A DNA stretch of 64,000 bases from Phoronis australis (lineage: Eukaryota; Animalia; Phoronida): positions 783,417 to 847,416 of the forward strand of contig NMRA01000060.1 of NCBI GenBank assembly GCA_002633005.1, in the 5' to 3' direction. Below are positions 12,463 to 28,052 of this stretch, in pieces. Within the stretch, counting starts at the first letter, position 1, and each line of letters opens with the position of its first letter. Made by a program: the position numbers and the translations under genes. Below the pieces are notes generated by a model, which was not told the DNA's origin, ran no database searches, and saw only the letters and a program-made list of their open reading frames with translations.

Positions 12463-15400
12463 TAAAGATTTGAGGTGCTGCTCAATTGACCCATGGAAAC
12501 ATTTTTTTAAAATGTTTCCGGCATGGCCAGAGGTTGACTACTTCTGCTAAAAAATAGTAGAGCTATCAATTTGGTATTTGGTACCCATCTGGAAATTTGC
12601 TCACAATCACGCAAGCGGAAATGTGTCTGTAGATAAAAACATTGTCTAATAAAATTTAATCACTCATGGTCCACATGTACCTGCTTATCTACCTTGGTTG
12701 CCCGGGGGAGGGGGGTGAGGGGGCAGGGGGGTGCATGAAGCTCCTGTCTTAATTTATGGTATCTATTGTATATTGCTTTCTGCAGTTTTGTTTGGGTTCA
12801 ACCACTCCTGTCACAAGTCAGGGGCGTCCACTCACTTGATGGTCTTCAAACCTAATTCTGCTGGACAGGATCCAATTTGTACAGCAAAATTCCTCTAATT
12901 AGAGTTTCTCAGCCAGAAGTCTTGGGAATTTAATGTCTCCAGTTTGCCGTCAAGTTATTAGAAGTTAATTGGTCAAATTCTGTTTAAAGGAGAAAGGTAC
13001 TTTTTTCTCATCAGCAGTTAGTAATTTAAGTATGGGTAAGTATTTAGATCCTGTCAGGAGGATGGACATCTGTGTTAAGGTCTGTAAGTAGACCATTTGA
13101 TATCTACCTAATCAGTGTTGATTAGATCCAATACAAACCATCTGCAGGCTATTAGATAATGCTACTACACTCCTCCATTTTGTTGAGTTCTTTTGAGAAG
13201 GTTACCTAATCCTGGAATTCACTTTGTTTGTTAACATTTTTGGCCATTGCCCCTGAATGAGTACTAATCAATAAACACATTCCTCAGACTAGTTCAGTGA
13301 ACAGGACTTGAGCTTGTAACACCAATGTCAGCAAAGTTATTATCAAAGTTATTTTTTATACAGCGAGAAGAACTATTTTAAATAAGGAAGAAAATTAAAT
13401 TTTGTCAGATTTGCTGTCTCTTTCTCCAGGGTTTGGGATATTTTAAATAATTCTCTGCTTTGACTCAAGCTTCAAGTTTCCACTTTTGTGTTTGAAAATC
13501 ATTTAATTCACACTTAGTTATTTGATCAGTCAGATAAGGGAAGAATAGGTGGAATCGTGGACAAACAAAGTCTATTTTCTACCAATTTGATTTGGTTGTG
13601 ACATGCAGTTAGTAATGACAATGCCTTTAGCCGGAGGGGGGGTGAACTCATGGACACCATCACTACACCACGCCTCCTATGACCACTTCAGTTTGCAAAA
13701 CTCCTCACTGACAGTTCCAAGAGCATTTTTTGTCCATACTTCACAATTCATTTGTGTGGTCTATTGATTTTAATTTGACCGTATTCCAAAGTGTGTCGTC
13801 GTTGATTTTTTTGATTAATTTCAATGGTGGTCAATGAGTACGGAATTTAATAATGCGTGTTGCCTTTGGTTGATAAAAATGACAATCTGTTGGTTTGGTT
13901 CCATTTTGCTGGTTGGCCAGTTGTTTAATGTAATGATTAGGGTCCTTGTTAGTATCTCTAGTTAAACAGCTCCTTGAGACATATTGGTCAGTGGGGGTGG
14001 GTCCATACAGCAGAGATATATGTCCAGTAAGTAGCAAGCTCTTGTCTCTGTGTTTATAACATAAACACCAGGTTTGGTTGGGGAAAGTGTCCATTCATTC
14101 TCCTGTAATGGAGTCCAGGCCCTTAGGCTCAGTGTTCCAAGTGCAATTAGTGGTGGGAAACAAGACACCACCATCCTGTCACAGGATAGCAAGGTAGTTA
14201 TTATCCACAAAGAAGCACCCACAGGTTGAAATGTTCAAATGCCTTGACAAACATTTATCTGACGCATCTTTCAGTAGGATTTTTTTTCACACCTCTGTGT
14301 ACTTTATTCTTGGTGTGATAGGCGCTAGATATTTTATCAGATGTCAGGGAAAAAAATGTTGGTCTGCTTGTAAAGCTGTTATGTCTGACTACTTCTGTAG
14401 TAGTAACGAGCTTTAAAGCTCCCTTTTAATTAAGTGGTTGAAGCAGTGATTTCTTTATTAAGCAGGAAATAGGCTACACACACATAAATCTGCTGGTTAA
14501 TTGAACTGGCTGACTGTATGCCTCTCTGGAGTATCTGCAATACACATCATGGTATTTGGGTAGTGGTTGTGAAATTAGTGTGAAATTGAGATAAAATCAA
14601 CTGGGAATTCTACTCCTGAGTTTTGCAGGATGTAGTGTGGGTTATATTCAGTCATCTTGTTGACCACCGGGACTTGAGGAGACAGGCTTGTTTTTTTGAA
14701 GAATGTCTTACTTTCATGAAATCATGATTTTCAGAAAATATTCTTCCCCATATATCCTGATGCAGAAATTTTCACTATTATTACTGTTGCTATCTAATTA
14801 ATATTTCTGTTGTTATATAAACCATTGTTTATACATGGTGTTATAAATGTTAAAATGTCAGTGAATGAATTAAAATAGCAAAATATTTGAAGAAAAATGT
14901 TTTCAACCTTGTCACAGCCTCACACATCAACACTATCTGCTTGCAGTTTCCAGGCTGAATTTTATAGTATTGTATATTTGTGTACGTCTTAATAAATTGG
15001 TATCTGTTAAAAAAAACACTATCTGGTACAGTGATTCCATAACTGTGCTCCAACTGTAGACCAAGGCCTGTCCACAAGTCTGCTTATAAGCATGGTTGTT
15101 ATACATAAACCAGATTTTATTAATTTATCAAGAGAACCTGCATGTTTTATCAGTGAAATTTAATTCTGTTGTCGGGTTTGTTGCTGTTTGTGTCACTTGA
15201 AGGTTTCCAATGATGGACACATTACAGACTTTGCAAGCCCAGGTTGACTTTGATTACGAAATGCCAAAAAGTATATGTCAAAATCACAATTCATGAAAAG
15301 AGTCAAGGTCTTACTATTTAGTTGGTTTTGAATTAAAAATTTTGGTAAAACTTCTTCAGTTCGGGACAATAAACCAGATGAGTGAAATTTCATTTTCATA

Positions 15401-16467
15401 AATTTCTTAGCTTAAAGAACTTTTTTTGGAAAATTTGCTCCGTATTTCTATGGTTTCTATGGGATAGCTGTCGCCAAATAAAATTCGTAAATTTCTGAGC
15501 ATTTATACCCAACTAGTGAAAAGTAGAAAAATCGTTGTTTCACCAATTATTTTTGTCCCAGAATTAAAGAATTGTTATCATAATTAGTTTACATATGTGA
15601 TAATTTGATTTTCATGTGCCACTCGTTACTGGCATGGCTTAACCGTTTTGGAATCAGAAATGGTCGGCTTTAGGCATCGTGTACTGTATTTGTGACATTT
15701 AATACAACAACCTAAAAATGCCATCAATGTATCTGATAGGCTAGTTAGTTCCAACACATATTTGTAACTTGAGTTCTAATTAGTTACTAGTGTTTTAGTG
15801 TCAAATCTCTTTATTTTGTCTGAAGGCGAACCGTAATTTGGTAATTGAGTTTTTGTTAAACGAAAGAAACAATTTCCAACTGAGTATGAGATTTTGTCAA
15901 ATAATTGCTTTTTGGGCCATTTTGGTCTATTAAAATACTTCTGGTTTGTATAAGTTTATCATTTTTGTCTCCAGTCATTGTGTGTCTGTGTCAATAAAAA
16001 GGAGAGGCTTGTTTTGTATAAAAGGGATGAAGTTGCAGCAGGCACTCATTCTACAGATACATAAATGTAAGTATTGGCAGTGCTACAATTTATATCCACT
16101 GAGTTTTGAAACATTTATGATATTTATGTACATTTAAGAATATAAACATTTATTTTCTGAGTTGAATTTCGTAATTGAATATCATCTAACAATAAACTCC
16201 TGATGTTAATGAAATGCGTTATTTTGAAATAAAAATGGTTTGTGTGCCAGCTTTTATTTCTCCCTTAGGCTTGTGAAAATTGATGCTGTGTAGTTCATAA
16301 TATACGTTAGAATTCCTAAGAATTAAAATGGAATAGTTCCCATAGTGATAAGGACAATGAATTTTTTACAATTAAGTCAAACCTGCCATTGTATAAAAAT
16401 ATTTTTTAACAAAGGTATTTTCGGTTTGCCAGTGGGTGTAACATTCTGCTTTTGTAAGTTCAATGGG

Positions 16468-16559
16468 ACCATGGGTATGTTTACCATGGGTATGTTTACC
16501 ATGGGTATGTTTACCATGGGTATGTTTACCATGGGTATGTTTACCATGGGTATGTTTAC
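16468..16559. repeat. Minisatellite (ACCATGGGTATGTTT)x6
   Basis: Perfect 15-bp tandem units. Explains the MGMFT repeats in ORF 16345-16635. Confidence 0.95.
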
Positions 16560-19500
16560 AATTTACAACACAATTGTTGCTATATGCGTAGTCACTAGGA
16601 AATGTTGTGTGGAAGAAACAGTGTGTGCTATTTAATTGCTGCTATATATTTCTTGATACTTGTGCTGATTGACTGTAATAAATACGCTCTTAAATAGCTC
16701 AAGAGCTGCTTTAGACTTCATAAATTACTTTGCTTGCTTTTTATGGCATCATTAAGTTAATGAATAGATATTAATTACATTGTTGATACCGTTTCAATAA
16801 ATTTCATTTTTTATCAAGTATAACAAGCAATTTGGTAACTCTTCATTAAATGTGGTTTTTGTGACATCTATACTATACAAATGGAGATAGTTAGCAAGTA
16901 AAATGTACTTGCTATTTATTTTTGTTGAGAAATTCAAAACATAAAATTCCACACATCCGCGATGTTGAGTGCCCAGTACAGAGATGAATATGTTCTTCTT
17001 GCCAATTTTCGGAAATGGAGTTAATGACATATACCGGTACTAGTTGGAAATTTAATAAAGCTAAAATGATTTTAGTATTAATAATTCCTATAGTGTGAAC
17101 ATAACATAATGTGTTCTCTACAAAAACTAGAAAATTAAGAGTCTCTAAGCTGGTTTTAACAAAAAATTGTGTCAGTGTTAAACTTATCAACTAGTGCATA
17201 TAGGACATTTTGTGTTATCAGTTTTGTGACACCTGTCTAAGATATGTGTGTAGGTAGATGATGCCTAGACTAAGTCTAAGGGCTGCAGATATAAGAATAT
17301 TGCAAAGGAATCTTGTGTGATCACATGCTTACCTTGTACAATAAACTCTCACCAGGAAACAACATGGCTGACAAATGAGATTTTATTGTACATTTTAACC
17401 ATGAAACATAAGTAGTGCCAATTTAAAGGATTTTCCATGTTTAGGTTTTTTACCATAACTATGATCAAACAAAGTTTTGAAATTTTTTTGGGTGTTCACA
17501 ACAATGTTAGACCTTGAAAAAATAAAGAGGACATTTTCACAATTTTTTATCCAAAATTTGTGGGATTTTTCTATGGCATTGTCTCACGAGATCTGATCTT
17601 GCGCTTTTGTAAGGTTCTCTCGTCTACAGAATACATGCTGTGTCAGACTTAGTACACGAGTGAACACACTCAGGTACTGTCTTAGACCAAAACTGTGAGG
17701 CCACCTCACAGAGGGCAGTGGTTGCACTATCTCTGTCTGTCATTTTCCTCCACTGTCTCAACTTCCCAAGTCTTTAACTCTGACCACCTGAAAGGCAGAG
17801 TGTACATGTTAATGATAAGGTGATGAATCAGCACAGCTTGCTCCTTTGTTCCCTTCTGTTTGATATAAATGCTGCCCAAACTGCCAACAGTGAAAACTAC
17901 CCTTAGCTAGACAAACAGTTTAATAATTGCCATCCTTGTCCTTTCTGCTTACCCAACAGGGTAGGCTTGTTAGTCTCACCTGTTACCAGCTCTTTATTCT
18001 TCTCTTCTTGTGCCTAGATGTATCACAGGGGGATAATTATTATTATTATTGTCAATCCTTCCCCCAGTCTCTGCTTGGCTATAATTTTTCAACACCCAGT
18101 CCACAGGTCTCTAGAGTTCAGTTGTTGAAGTGGGTCTCTTGCACCTGGGTGGTAATCGACTGTTTTTGACTGGGTGTGGCTGGAAAGTTAGAATAACATC
18201 GCATTTACAGAGTAGATTCAATAACAAATGTTTATGAAGATCTAACGTGAGGAAGTCGCCTTTTGTCAGAGTTTTGTAGCAATTAATTTCATAAACCTAT
18301 CAAAGAGATTTTGGACGATTGAATTGTCAATGTATTAAGCCTGAAATAGCATTGGAATTAGACGTGCTGTGTTGTCAACTATGAATACATCATTTGTAAA
18401 CAAAGTTTTATAATACATAAAAAGAAGCCTTTTGGTAAGTTTCAAACTTCCACAGTGGACACTTTTGTAGAGAATTTTGTCGAAAAAAAGCGTTGTTTCA
18501 TGGAGAATTTTTGTCATAAAAGGTATGCATCCATAAAGAAATTGGTTGTAAAGAGATAACCCTTCTGAGCGACATGTCCCCTCACCCACAGGCCCACATC
18601 TCTCTTATGGGAATACCCCACACATGCACCTCAAGTTGCTTGATTGAGGATTGCAATAATAGTCTTCACCCACTATCTTATCTAGTGCTCTAGTTGTGTG
18701 AGTCATGTTCTTTCACTGTCACATAAAATATCTGTAGGCCATTCAGCCTTGTAGAGTGATTACACACTTTGCATTGATAGACATGTTTTGAAAGTCAGGC
18801 ATAGAGAAATGTAAATCCTTCACACAAGTTTTATGGTGTTAATTCATTGCAAACAGTCCATAACAAAGACCAGCATATCCAGCCTAATGTTGCACACACA
18901 CCTCTCAATAGACTGCTCTACCTATCTTAATTGACCATCTAGTTGTGTTGGCTGTCTACCTGAAACTAGCTGAGGCATGCTGCAGGGGAGCTAACTCCTC
19001 TCAGGTGTATAGCATCATCCGGCTTTTCAAATGTTCTCTTTTGAGAAAAGTTTCACTTTCAGTATTATTACATATTTATACATTAGTTTTGTATAAAACT
19101 TAAATCACTTTATTTCTACTGAAATCCAATAGACTTATAAACCATGTTTATTTTAAAAGAAGTTAATTTCCTTATTGAGATGATGTCTTGAAGTGTTCCC
19201 TAGTTGGCAGTTAGAAACTGTCTGTTTTATCTGCCCATAAATCTCATCAATATCATTGCAGAGAGCCCCCTCAACACTAGAGGGATTAACATTCCCTAGC
19301 TATCTGCCTGTGCTCCATCTGGACATAAAGGACTTTTCAATGGCAGTTTTATTACCTGATTATCGCCATAATTCCACCATTAATAAAGAATAAACCATGC
19401 CGCACTTGTCCTTCAATCAGACACTTAATAAATCTAAGTTTATTATATTTCAGTTGAAAATTAATTGATAGTTTTCAAGTGCTGTTTTTATCACCTGAAA

Positions 19501-22500
19501 TATCTCTGTGAAAGTTGAGTTGAATTTAAACATCCAACAGTATTTATTGTCTCTGGTAAACATTTCACTTCTAAGTTCAGGCAGTTTTTCATTACCTTCT
19601 ATCAATCTTTTCAAAGCAGCTACAGAATATCTTTATTGATGTTTTTTCTATTGAAAAAGCCTAGATGATTGTTTCGCTTTAGAAACATTTGTCCACAATC
19701 GACTGCTGTGTGTGATATTATCTACGGTCAGCATTCAGCAATCAATGAGTTAAAAAGCACTCTTCACAAGTGGAGGTACTGTTGCAGTTGCTATTGTTGT
19801 TGTGAATAAAAGGTACAATGTGGTTTTGTTTCCCTATCTTTTTCTATGTCTATCATGTGTGTGGCTTAGTCCTGCCTGTCATAACATGTTAAGATCATCT
19901 GTTGTAATCTGACTAGGGTCATAGGCTTTGTCAAGGTGCCATCATGCCCATCTCATGATTCACTCTCTAAACCAAAATTTAGGAAGGTTTCCTGTTGATT
20001 TTAAGTTTGTATTCATTTAGAAATTCATTAATAATTAGCTGATTCATAGTTCTGAGTACCAAGGATTTTAAGAATTTACGAAAATTTGTTGTGGTTATGG
20101 GGTAGCAAATTTGTATTGCATTTTTTGTTTATGTTGAATCATTCCTTCATCGGAAAGTTTATTTTAGAAAGCAACTGATAACATTTTTCATCCCAAGTTG
20201 AGAAGACTGTCTCTTTTAAGTTAAACATTTGTTATCAGTGTTATTGTAATTGTATGCTCATCAAAATCTCTTTACATGGTTTAATTAGCCATGTTTCACA
20301 TAAAAAGTCTTAGAAACTTCAGATGAAATCAGATTAATGGAAGGGTCATTTGTAGATAAATGTTTACATTTGGTTGGTGTTTCCCCATAACCAGGGACAG
20401 TCTCTGCCTGGCCCCCTTCCCCCATCCTTCATAACACAATTGTACCCTCCACCAGCTCCTTAATTCACCCTGCCTTACTCAATACCCTAGCCCCTTTCTC
20501 TAGTGTGTGACCTCGAATTGCTAGTATTTTTAGTTCTTTAGTTCGAGGGGTGACCAACTCCACTCAGTTGAAGACACCAACTGATAGCATGGCTCCTCCA
20601 TCAAAATAAACCCAGTCTCCCCTCCCCAGCCCGCTCCTTTTCTCCCATTCTCTAGTACAACCCCCACTCACTGCAGACAGCCAACTGATCACATGATGAC
20701 TGTACCCTCCACCTGTTCCACATACCAGACACAGTTTACAGTATTCAGACAATAACTATTACAAGCATGCTTTGCACTATCTGAATCCCCAACTTTTTGC
20801 CAGTCACGCCTCAGTTGTAGTCAGATTGACGGGTGCAGTGACAAGTCTGAGTGCTCAAAAACAGAACATTTTACTTTACGTTACTTGACCCTGTCGGGAT
20901 CAAGCTTCCAGCAACTGCCACATTTACAATTTTGTGTAACTCTTGAGATACACCTAGTAAAAATGGTACAAGTGGGGTTATTTCTTTTTGCCTCATTGTG
21001 CCTTGTGACACTGTAGGTCATAGATCTTCTTTCTCTGTGATTTCTCTCCCATTCCCTCTGACCCAGTTGTCCCCATGACTCTATTCAAACACCCATTAAA
21101 CCACCTGACTAAACACGCGTGTTTGTTTTTTCATTGTTGCCCAAGATGCTCTGTTCCACCATAACAAGATTACACTGGCCTTTCCTGCTTAACTCCATAT
21201 TATCCTGTCATAGTCCATGTTGCCATTTGGTTTACAAGTCATCCATGTCACCACTGGCCACTTCCTGTTTTTTATTTGACTATTTACTTATTGACCACAA
21301 TGGGAATACTCTGCTAATATTTGTGAATTTGTTTGCGTAGTTGTTTTGCAAATATTCCTTTATTTTTCCCTGTCCAGCATTTCTGTAGTGCCGAGCATGC
21401 CTTGTGAATTATTAATTTTTTGTAATGATTTTGAAGCATTTTGCTATTAATTAGCGAAGCCCTCATAGGATTCCCTTGTATATGTTTGTCAATTTCACTC
21501 TGGAAGGTTTTGAAATCATCACCTTTTATTGGTTTGATGTAATAATTGTTACATATTCCTTAATAATTCTTTCTGGTACTTTTGCATCCATTAATCAAAA
21601 TTGATAAACGGTAACTATATAACTTTCTTTATGGTAACTTCATAACTCCACTTGTGTTCATGTTCAAAATCCCGGAGTCTTCATACAAGGAACGGTTCTG
21701 TATAAATTTGTAAAAACCACACAGATTACTTTTTCCTGTCCAGTAGGTTCAATTCATGCACTTGTGTTTAGATGAAATGGCTCAAGTTTTGTTTTTCTTG
21801 TCTTAAATTTTCAAATATCTTGGTAATCCCATCCTATTATGGTCAGTCCTCCTGGTCATTAACACCAGCCTCAGACAATAGACTAAATAAGTCATTTGAT
21901 CTTTTAACTTAAATAGCTCATCATCTATCAGGCTGGCCATTTTAGCAAGTTCTTGGCAAAGTTGGTTATGAACTTGATTTTTGATTTTGCTCATTTATAG
22001 CTTAAGAAGTTGTTCCTCTTTGGTCGTGTAAAAGTTGTGCCGTTTGGTGAATAACACCACTGAGGAAGTGGTTGGACCAAGTTAGCCGTTAACATAAAAT
22101 GCTTAATTATCGGAAATACACCTCAACATGGCGGCAATTGTTCTGTCTCTTTTGATCTTTGTAATCAATGTATCTGATGGATCAATTTAGTTTTGGTTTC
22201 TGCCATTGTCTTTCACCAGTTGCGGTGTTACAGAACACATAGGGGAACGTGTTGTGACACTGCATTGAATGCTTATTTCTGATGCAGGTTGGATTCAACT
22301 GAAGGATTTCGGTGGATGAAAGGCAGTGAATAATATCTGATTTAATTTTCTACAAAGCTTGTTTCAATGGGTCCCTGTCTTATCCTTCCCATTCTTTTCC
22401 AATCCTCTCCCCCTCTCCCCCCACTCCCCCTATTGACAAATGGTTAGGGTTTGTCAACAACCCAATCCCATACCTCTGGTCATTTCCATTACTGAAGGTG

Positions 22501-22999
22501 GCATTCCACAGATTCACTACATCCACTTCCTTCTTGTTCATGTCTAGGCATGACTATGAACAACTGGCCTGTCCTCCAACAGCCCTGATCAACCTTTGTA
22601 ACCTTGGCCAGAGGTCCACAAAAACTATTTAAGACTTCACTCTCGAGAAAATTGTCTTATCTAGTCAAACCAAATTTCGTATTATGCAATTTGTAAATTT
22701 TCAAGTCTGGAGTAAAGTTCGGTGGTCTCTGTGGGGAGGGGGGTGGTTAGGGGTTTGAATTCATGTGATCATTTAGAAATTGACCTAATTGATTTACCAA
22801 ATGCTAAATTGTGTGTTCTGTGCAGGATCAAATGTTTTTATTTTTATTTAGTAAAATAAGCTTTGAGAAACTGTAGCAAGCTTCCTTGTTTTTATTTTGT
22901 GGTTCAGCATATGGCTTTTAAGAATCTATTTGGATAGGAGACCAGCATATTTGTCTGTTTGAACAGCTCTTAATGCAGAATCTGTATTGATTATTCAGG

Positions 23000-23034
23000 A
23001 ATGTTCACAATGTTCACAATGTTCACAATGTTCA
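23000..23034. repeat. (AATGTTCAC)x~4 tandem repeat
   Basis: Seen directly. Confidence 0.8.
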
Positions 23035-26000
23035 AGTATTCCTATTTGAAAAACTTCTCATCACACCTCGTCTTGATATATAATGTCATTCTTTCAACAA
23101 TTATTTGTTAAAAGTTGGCAATTTCTCATGATTTTTAGTATTATGAAAAATTCATGCGCGCCTCTTAATGTCATGATTGTTAACTTTATGGTCAAAGTTG
23201 ACAAACTATTAAAAATCATCTTTAAAAAAATGTTTTCCTTTCAATTTTGTCTTTTTGACAGCAATTAACTTTAAATATAGACACGATTTAATTTTTTGAC
23301 GAGTTCAGATGTCCATCATTTCTCTCATCACATTTCTCCTAACCTTTCTCTCATGACATTTCTCTAACCTTTCTCACCCAAGAGTCATCCACTCATCAGT
23401 TGAGTGTTATCACAATATGGTCCCCCCAATGTCCCATTCTGTCACCCTTTTCACTTGCTTTCAGTTCAATTCACAAAGTAAATGTTTTGAATGTTTTTTT
23501 CCTATCAAAGCCAAGTGAATGACAGTTCTCCATAGTTGAGAAGAATGGGACCTGCTTCTAGTTATTTTAACACAAAAACAATACGCTTGTCAAAAATAAC
23601 GGCCTTGAACTTGTGTACTCGGCCTGCAACTGAAATCGGACATTGTTGAAAAAAGCATTGCTTCATTTTTAAATTTTCCATTTTCCCACTGTCATTAACT
23701 ACTGGCGTTTCCTGTGGGGGAAATGGTGCTTTGTGAAGGTAACTGCTGCCTGTGCAGAGTTCTGTAGACACAAGATACTTGCAATAAAGCTAATGTAATC
23801 ACATGCTCCACCTACTAATAATGCATGGCAATATCTTGCAAAGTCTTGCGTGATATTGCATTTTTGCTGGTTTCTTCCTTATACGGAATACAGCCATGGT
23901 TGTGCTGGATGACACAAATACAATTAGCAAAAAATTATGGAAATGAATATTCATAACTGCATATTAATTCCACAATATCTTAAAGTGAAAGCTCGCCTCT
24001 TTCGGACAAAGATAGTTTCCATTTTTTTTTCATTTCTCAAGTGCTTGTATTGTGAATCGCAACAATTTTTTTAAATAATATCTTGTGGTAGTTGATTGTA
24101 GTGAAGTTGAACATGGAAAAACTGTAACTTGTTGCTGCATTCCTTTTATGAAAAAGATTTGAAAATTAAATTTCCCTTGTCCTCCATTGTTGTGTTTAAA
24201 GTTGTGAGATATTTTCTTGCTAGAATCATAAATTTGTCATATCATCCATTTATTTGAATTGATTTTTGATTCTCTGGGCAACTTGTGCTCTTTGAGTTGA
24301 TGTGTTTCTTTGAAGTGGTGATAATGGAGGTGTTTGATAAAGCCCTCATCACCTCCTGTTGCTGTCTGTTTATTTGATGTTAAGAGGCTTAGATAACTGT
24401 ACCAACTGTAGATTCCACAGTCTGGTCTCAGACAATGTTACAAGCTGCCAATAAGACAAGTTGCATCAGCTGAACCCTCAGGAACAGAATGTTGGCTCAG
24501 TGGTGGCTCACTGTTCTTATACAAACAAGATGGTGGACTTATGGCTATGTGGAAATCCATCAGCAAAAATGACTGTTCTATAAATAAATCATACCAAACC
24601 CTGCAGTAAAGCCACTAATAGGATGTCTTTATTTTCATTGAGGAATCCCACTGATTTATACCCATCTGGTGAATGAATCATACAGCCAAAAAACTGCACA
24701 CTCAACGCATTTTATTATTTATCCCTCTCAAAACTTTGTCTTTTAAATGTGAAAAATACCAGAACATGTTTTTTGTTTTTCAAACTGATTTATTTCTTGT
24801 GTTACAAAAATCCTTGTAGTTGTGTCATAAAGATTACCTTTGTTTGATGGAATTATCTCATTGTTTCACAACTAATCACAAAGTTGATGGTGTTGTGTTG
24901 TTGCCGTTAATTCCTTCATATTTCCACTGGTTGGCATTAACATAGGTGGCACTTTAATCACATCGAAATGTTTCAAGTGGTCACATGTCTGTCATCATTT
25001 TTTCTAACAGTTCGTTAATTAAGTTAATGCGTCACCAATAAAAAGCTGTTTGTGGTCATTATGGGTCAGATCTGACTTGGCCAGAAATGTAGATTGACCA
25101 CATGCACTGGGAGTTTAGAAGAGTGGATGTTTTGGTTGTAACATAACCTTGCCCAGACTAGCAACCTGATATATCATACAGTGCCTGCTGTCAGCTTTGC
25201 CTGCAGTCAGTAGTCAAGAAAATGTTTATTTGTGACAGAATAATCCTCTAAGAGTTGGCTGTGATTTATGCCAATCTATGAGTGGATATACTTGGTTGTA
25301 TTAATATGGTCTTCAGGTTTAATCCTATCTGAGCCTTCATTACTGAGAGCTTGACCAGGACTGTGGTTATAACAAGTTTCCATTATAAGCTGACCAGACA
25401 TAATGTCAGTTTTCTAGAAACATTATTGTTGAGTGATCTAATTTATTTCATACAGGTCGTTCTGTTTAAAGTCTTTAGATATATATAGAGAGTATTTCAA
25501 TGGCACTTCCACAAGTGTTGTGTGAGTAATATTCAATTCAGTATAGCACAGCTTGACAGGTTATTTATTCATTTCATTGTGTCATGGCCACTTCAACAGT
25601 AGAAAGCTCCGTTTTCTCGGAATCGCTGGACCGCAACTCTGGCCACAAGGGGTAACTCTGGAACCCCTCCATGACTGCAAAGTGATGGATGTCTTTTGGC
25701 CAGCCTGTCAGCTGCATGGTTTAAAACAGATTCTCCACCAATGGACAAACAACTAGAACCTGTCTCTCACATCAGAGGAAACCCTGTCTCATTTCGCAGA
25801 ACATCTTACTGAGTCACCGATAGCTGTGTTGTGGTATCATTTGTATTTACAAACGATTTTACAGATTACTTCTCAGGGTGTTGTGGATTATTTCAGACAT
25901 AGTTTTGTTCACAAGATGCATTGGCCAGCCAAAGGAAATGCCTCAATTCTCTCTGTACTTAGGCTTTTGTTTCAAGGACACCTAGAATTATGTTTCCGTC

Positions 26001-27379
26001 CTAGCCCTTAAATCTACAGGTGGCCGAATGAAATTATTTTTTAAGTTACACACATCTCCATATCATTAGAAATGTACATTGTGTCCCAGAGCCAGATAAT
26101 CTCAGTCCACTGGCTGTGGCCACAACTGCAGCCTCTCTCTCATTCCACCTTTGTTTGGCATTTCTTGTTCACACCAGCTCAGTGGTGTTTGCAAACAGTT
26201 GGCTGTCTACATTTTTTCCAGACATCAAACTTAGGAGGCGTTGATTGATATACGAGTCGCAGATGCCAGTTTTTCACCATATCCTCTTGATATCCATTCT
26301 GTCAATAAACATATAATATTTCCCTCAGCCAATCACACATGAAGCGAAAATAAATAAACCACATTTTTCAGGATATTAGCCCCAAGTTTAATCCTATCGA
26401 TTCAGTATAAGACTTGCTCTAGGTTCTTTTCAGCAATAAACAGGTCATGGTTTCTCATATGACTCTTGATACAGCCTCAGTACATTGCTGTTCTCATTCT
26501 ATCCTTTAATGCAGTTTACAAAAGTCTGTTTTATGCTATGCAAATAGTCGGTTGAGTTGTCTGTGTGTGTTGGTACGCTAAAAACAATCACCAATGTTTA
26601 AAATGGTTAACATCTAATTCTTTATAATTGTTGATGTTTTTTAGTTAAATTAGGTTTGTAGAACAATGGTATTGAAACCAGCAGTTGTTGATATAATTAT
26701 ATATCCTGCTTAGGGTCTTACATTCAATATAAATTTATCCTTCTGCTTTGCCAAACCTCAATAGGAAGTATTAAATAAATAATCTCATTTGGCCACAATG
26801 GTGTAAACAGAGCCATGTGTGTAGGGGCTATCTGGTCAATATCTCCACCTCAGTACTTTGACAGTCCATAGTTGTCACTGATTGTTGATGTCTGTTTCAG
26901 CAGTGTTCTGCCTAATGATTGCCTACATTTTTTAATGGTGAGCCACACTGCCAGCATGTGTGGCATTGTTTGTTGATCTTGAGATACCACTCTCTATACT
27001 GGACTATCTTGTTTATTAATCACATTTAGCCTGTTGGGTTTTGGTATTTACTATCCGTGGCTCACTGACAATGGTTTTAATGTATTTAGTAAGCTGCTGT
27101 ATTAGACTGGTTCATAATGCACTTTTTTGAGTGATACAACTCTCAAACTTGTGAGGGGAATTCAGAAATAGTTCTATCATGAATATTATATAATTTATTT
27201 GCTCCTAACCATGTCATGTAGTGGTATGTTGTGCCACCTATTGGCAAGACTCAGAACTACTCACAAAGTCTTCCATTCCAATTCCAAGCATAAAAGATAA
27301 GAGGTTACCGATACTTAAATCGGTTGTGAAGTGACTATAGTATTAAAGTTGTACTCATGTTTTCATTCATTTTCTTCAG

Positions 27380-27515
27380 ATTCCATGCAGACAACAACTG
27401 GCATGTAAAAGAGGTCAACCTTGGAGACTCTATCACTATCAAATGTCCTCATAAGAGTTTACCTGGATACCAAGAGGCAGTAAACAATCAAGATCTCTAC
27501 TATGCCATTTTTATG
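27380..27515 (+). CDS. Efn: Ephrin, first exon found (receptor-binding domain; signal-peptide exon not located)
   Basis: ttcttcag|A acceptor and ATG|gtgag donor. Encodes FHADNNWHVKEVNLGDSITIKCPH...DLYYAIFM, the ephrin VxxxDxxxIxCP motif. Confidence 0.92.
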
Positions 27516-27776
27516 GTGAGGAATCGTCATGCTATTTTCTGTCAAAATATGGCCGTCCCAGTTAAATGTCTGTGTCAGTTGACTTGTTTGAAAACCATGC
27601 TGCTGGCTGGTATTAAATCAAGTGCAGCCAATGATGAAACAATAATGTATTTTTTAAAGGTTCATCATATGTCTACATGCTGGCTGACTGGTATTAATTT
27701 ATAATGTATAGTTTCTTGATTGTAAGTCCTGTCACTTAAGCATTTTCTTGCTCTCAAGGTCTTTCATTCTTTGCAG

Positions 27777-27957
27777 GCATCTGAAAGTAACTACAATACT
27801 TGTGCAAAAAATAAAGACGCTCAAACCAAGAAGTTGTTGCGCTGTGATCGACCCGAGGAGGGCAAGGATCCTCACCAATTGATAATAAACTTTGTGGACT
27901 TCACTCCAGTTCCAGGCGTTCCAGAGTTTCAAGCTGGAAAGTCGTATTATGTATACA
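27777..27957 (+). CDS. Efn: Ephrin exon (Cys2, Cys3, G-H loop)
   Basis: ttgcag|GCA ... TAC A|gtaag. Encodes ASESNYNTCAKNK...LLRCDRPE...FVDFTPVPGVPEFQAGKSYYVY. Confidence 0.95.
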
Positions 27958-28052
27958 GTAAGTTGCACAGAATAACCAATATTGGTGTAATTGGGACAGA
28001 AGTTTAAATCACAAGCTTGTTGCAGAAGCTGGTAATAAGTAAGCATCGGGCA

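Noticed and set aside
16345-16635. ORF with MGMFT repeats
   Set aside because: Translation of a 15-bp minisatellite.
446-27300. Dozens of 60-120-aa ORFs, and a search for the ephrin signal-peptide / WNxxNP exon
   Set aside because: No recognisable domains or phase-consistent exon chains. The only WN-P hit noticed (~25658, LWNPSMT) runs into a stop without a donor.
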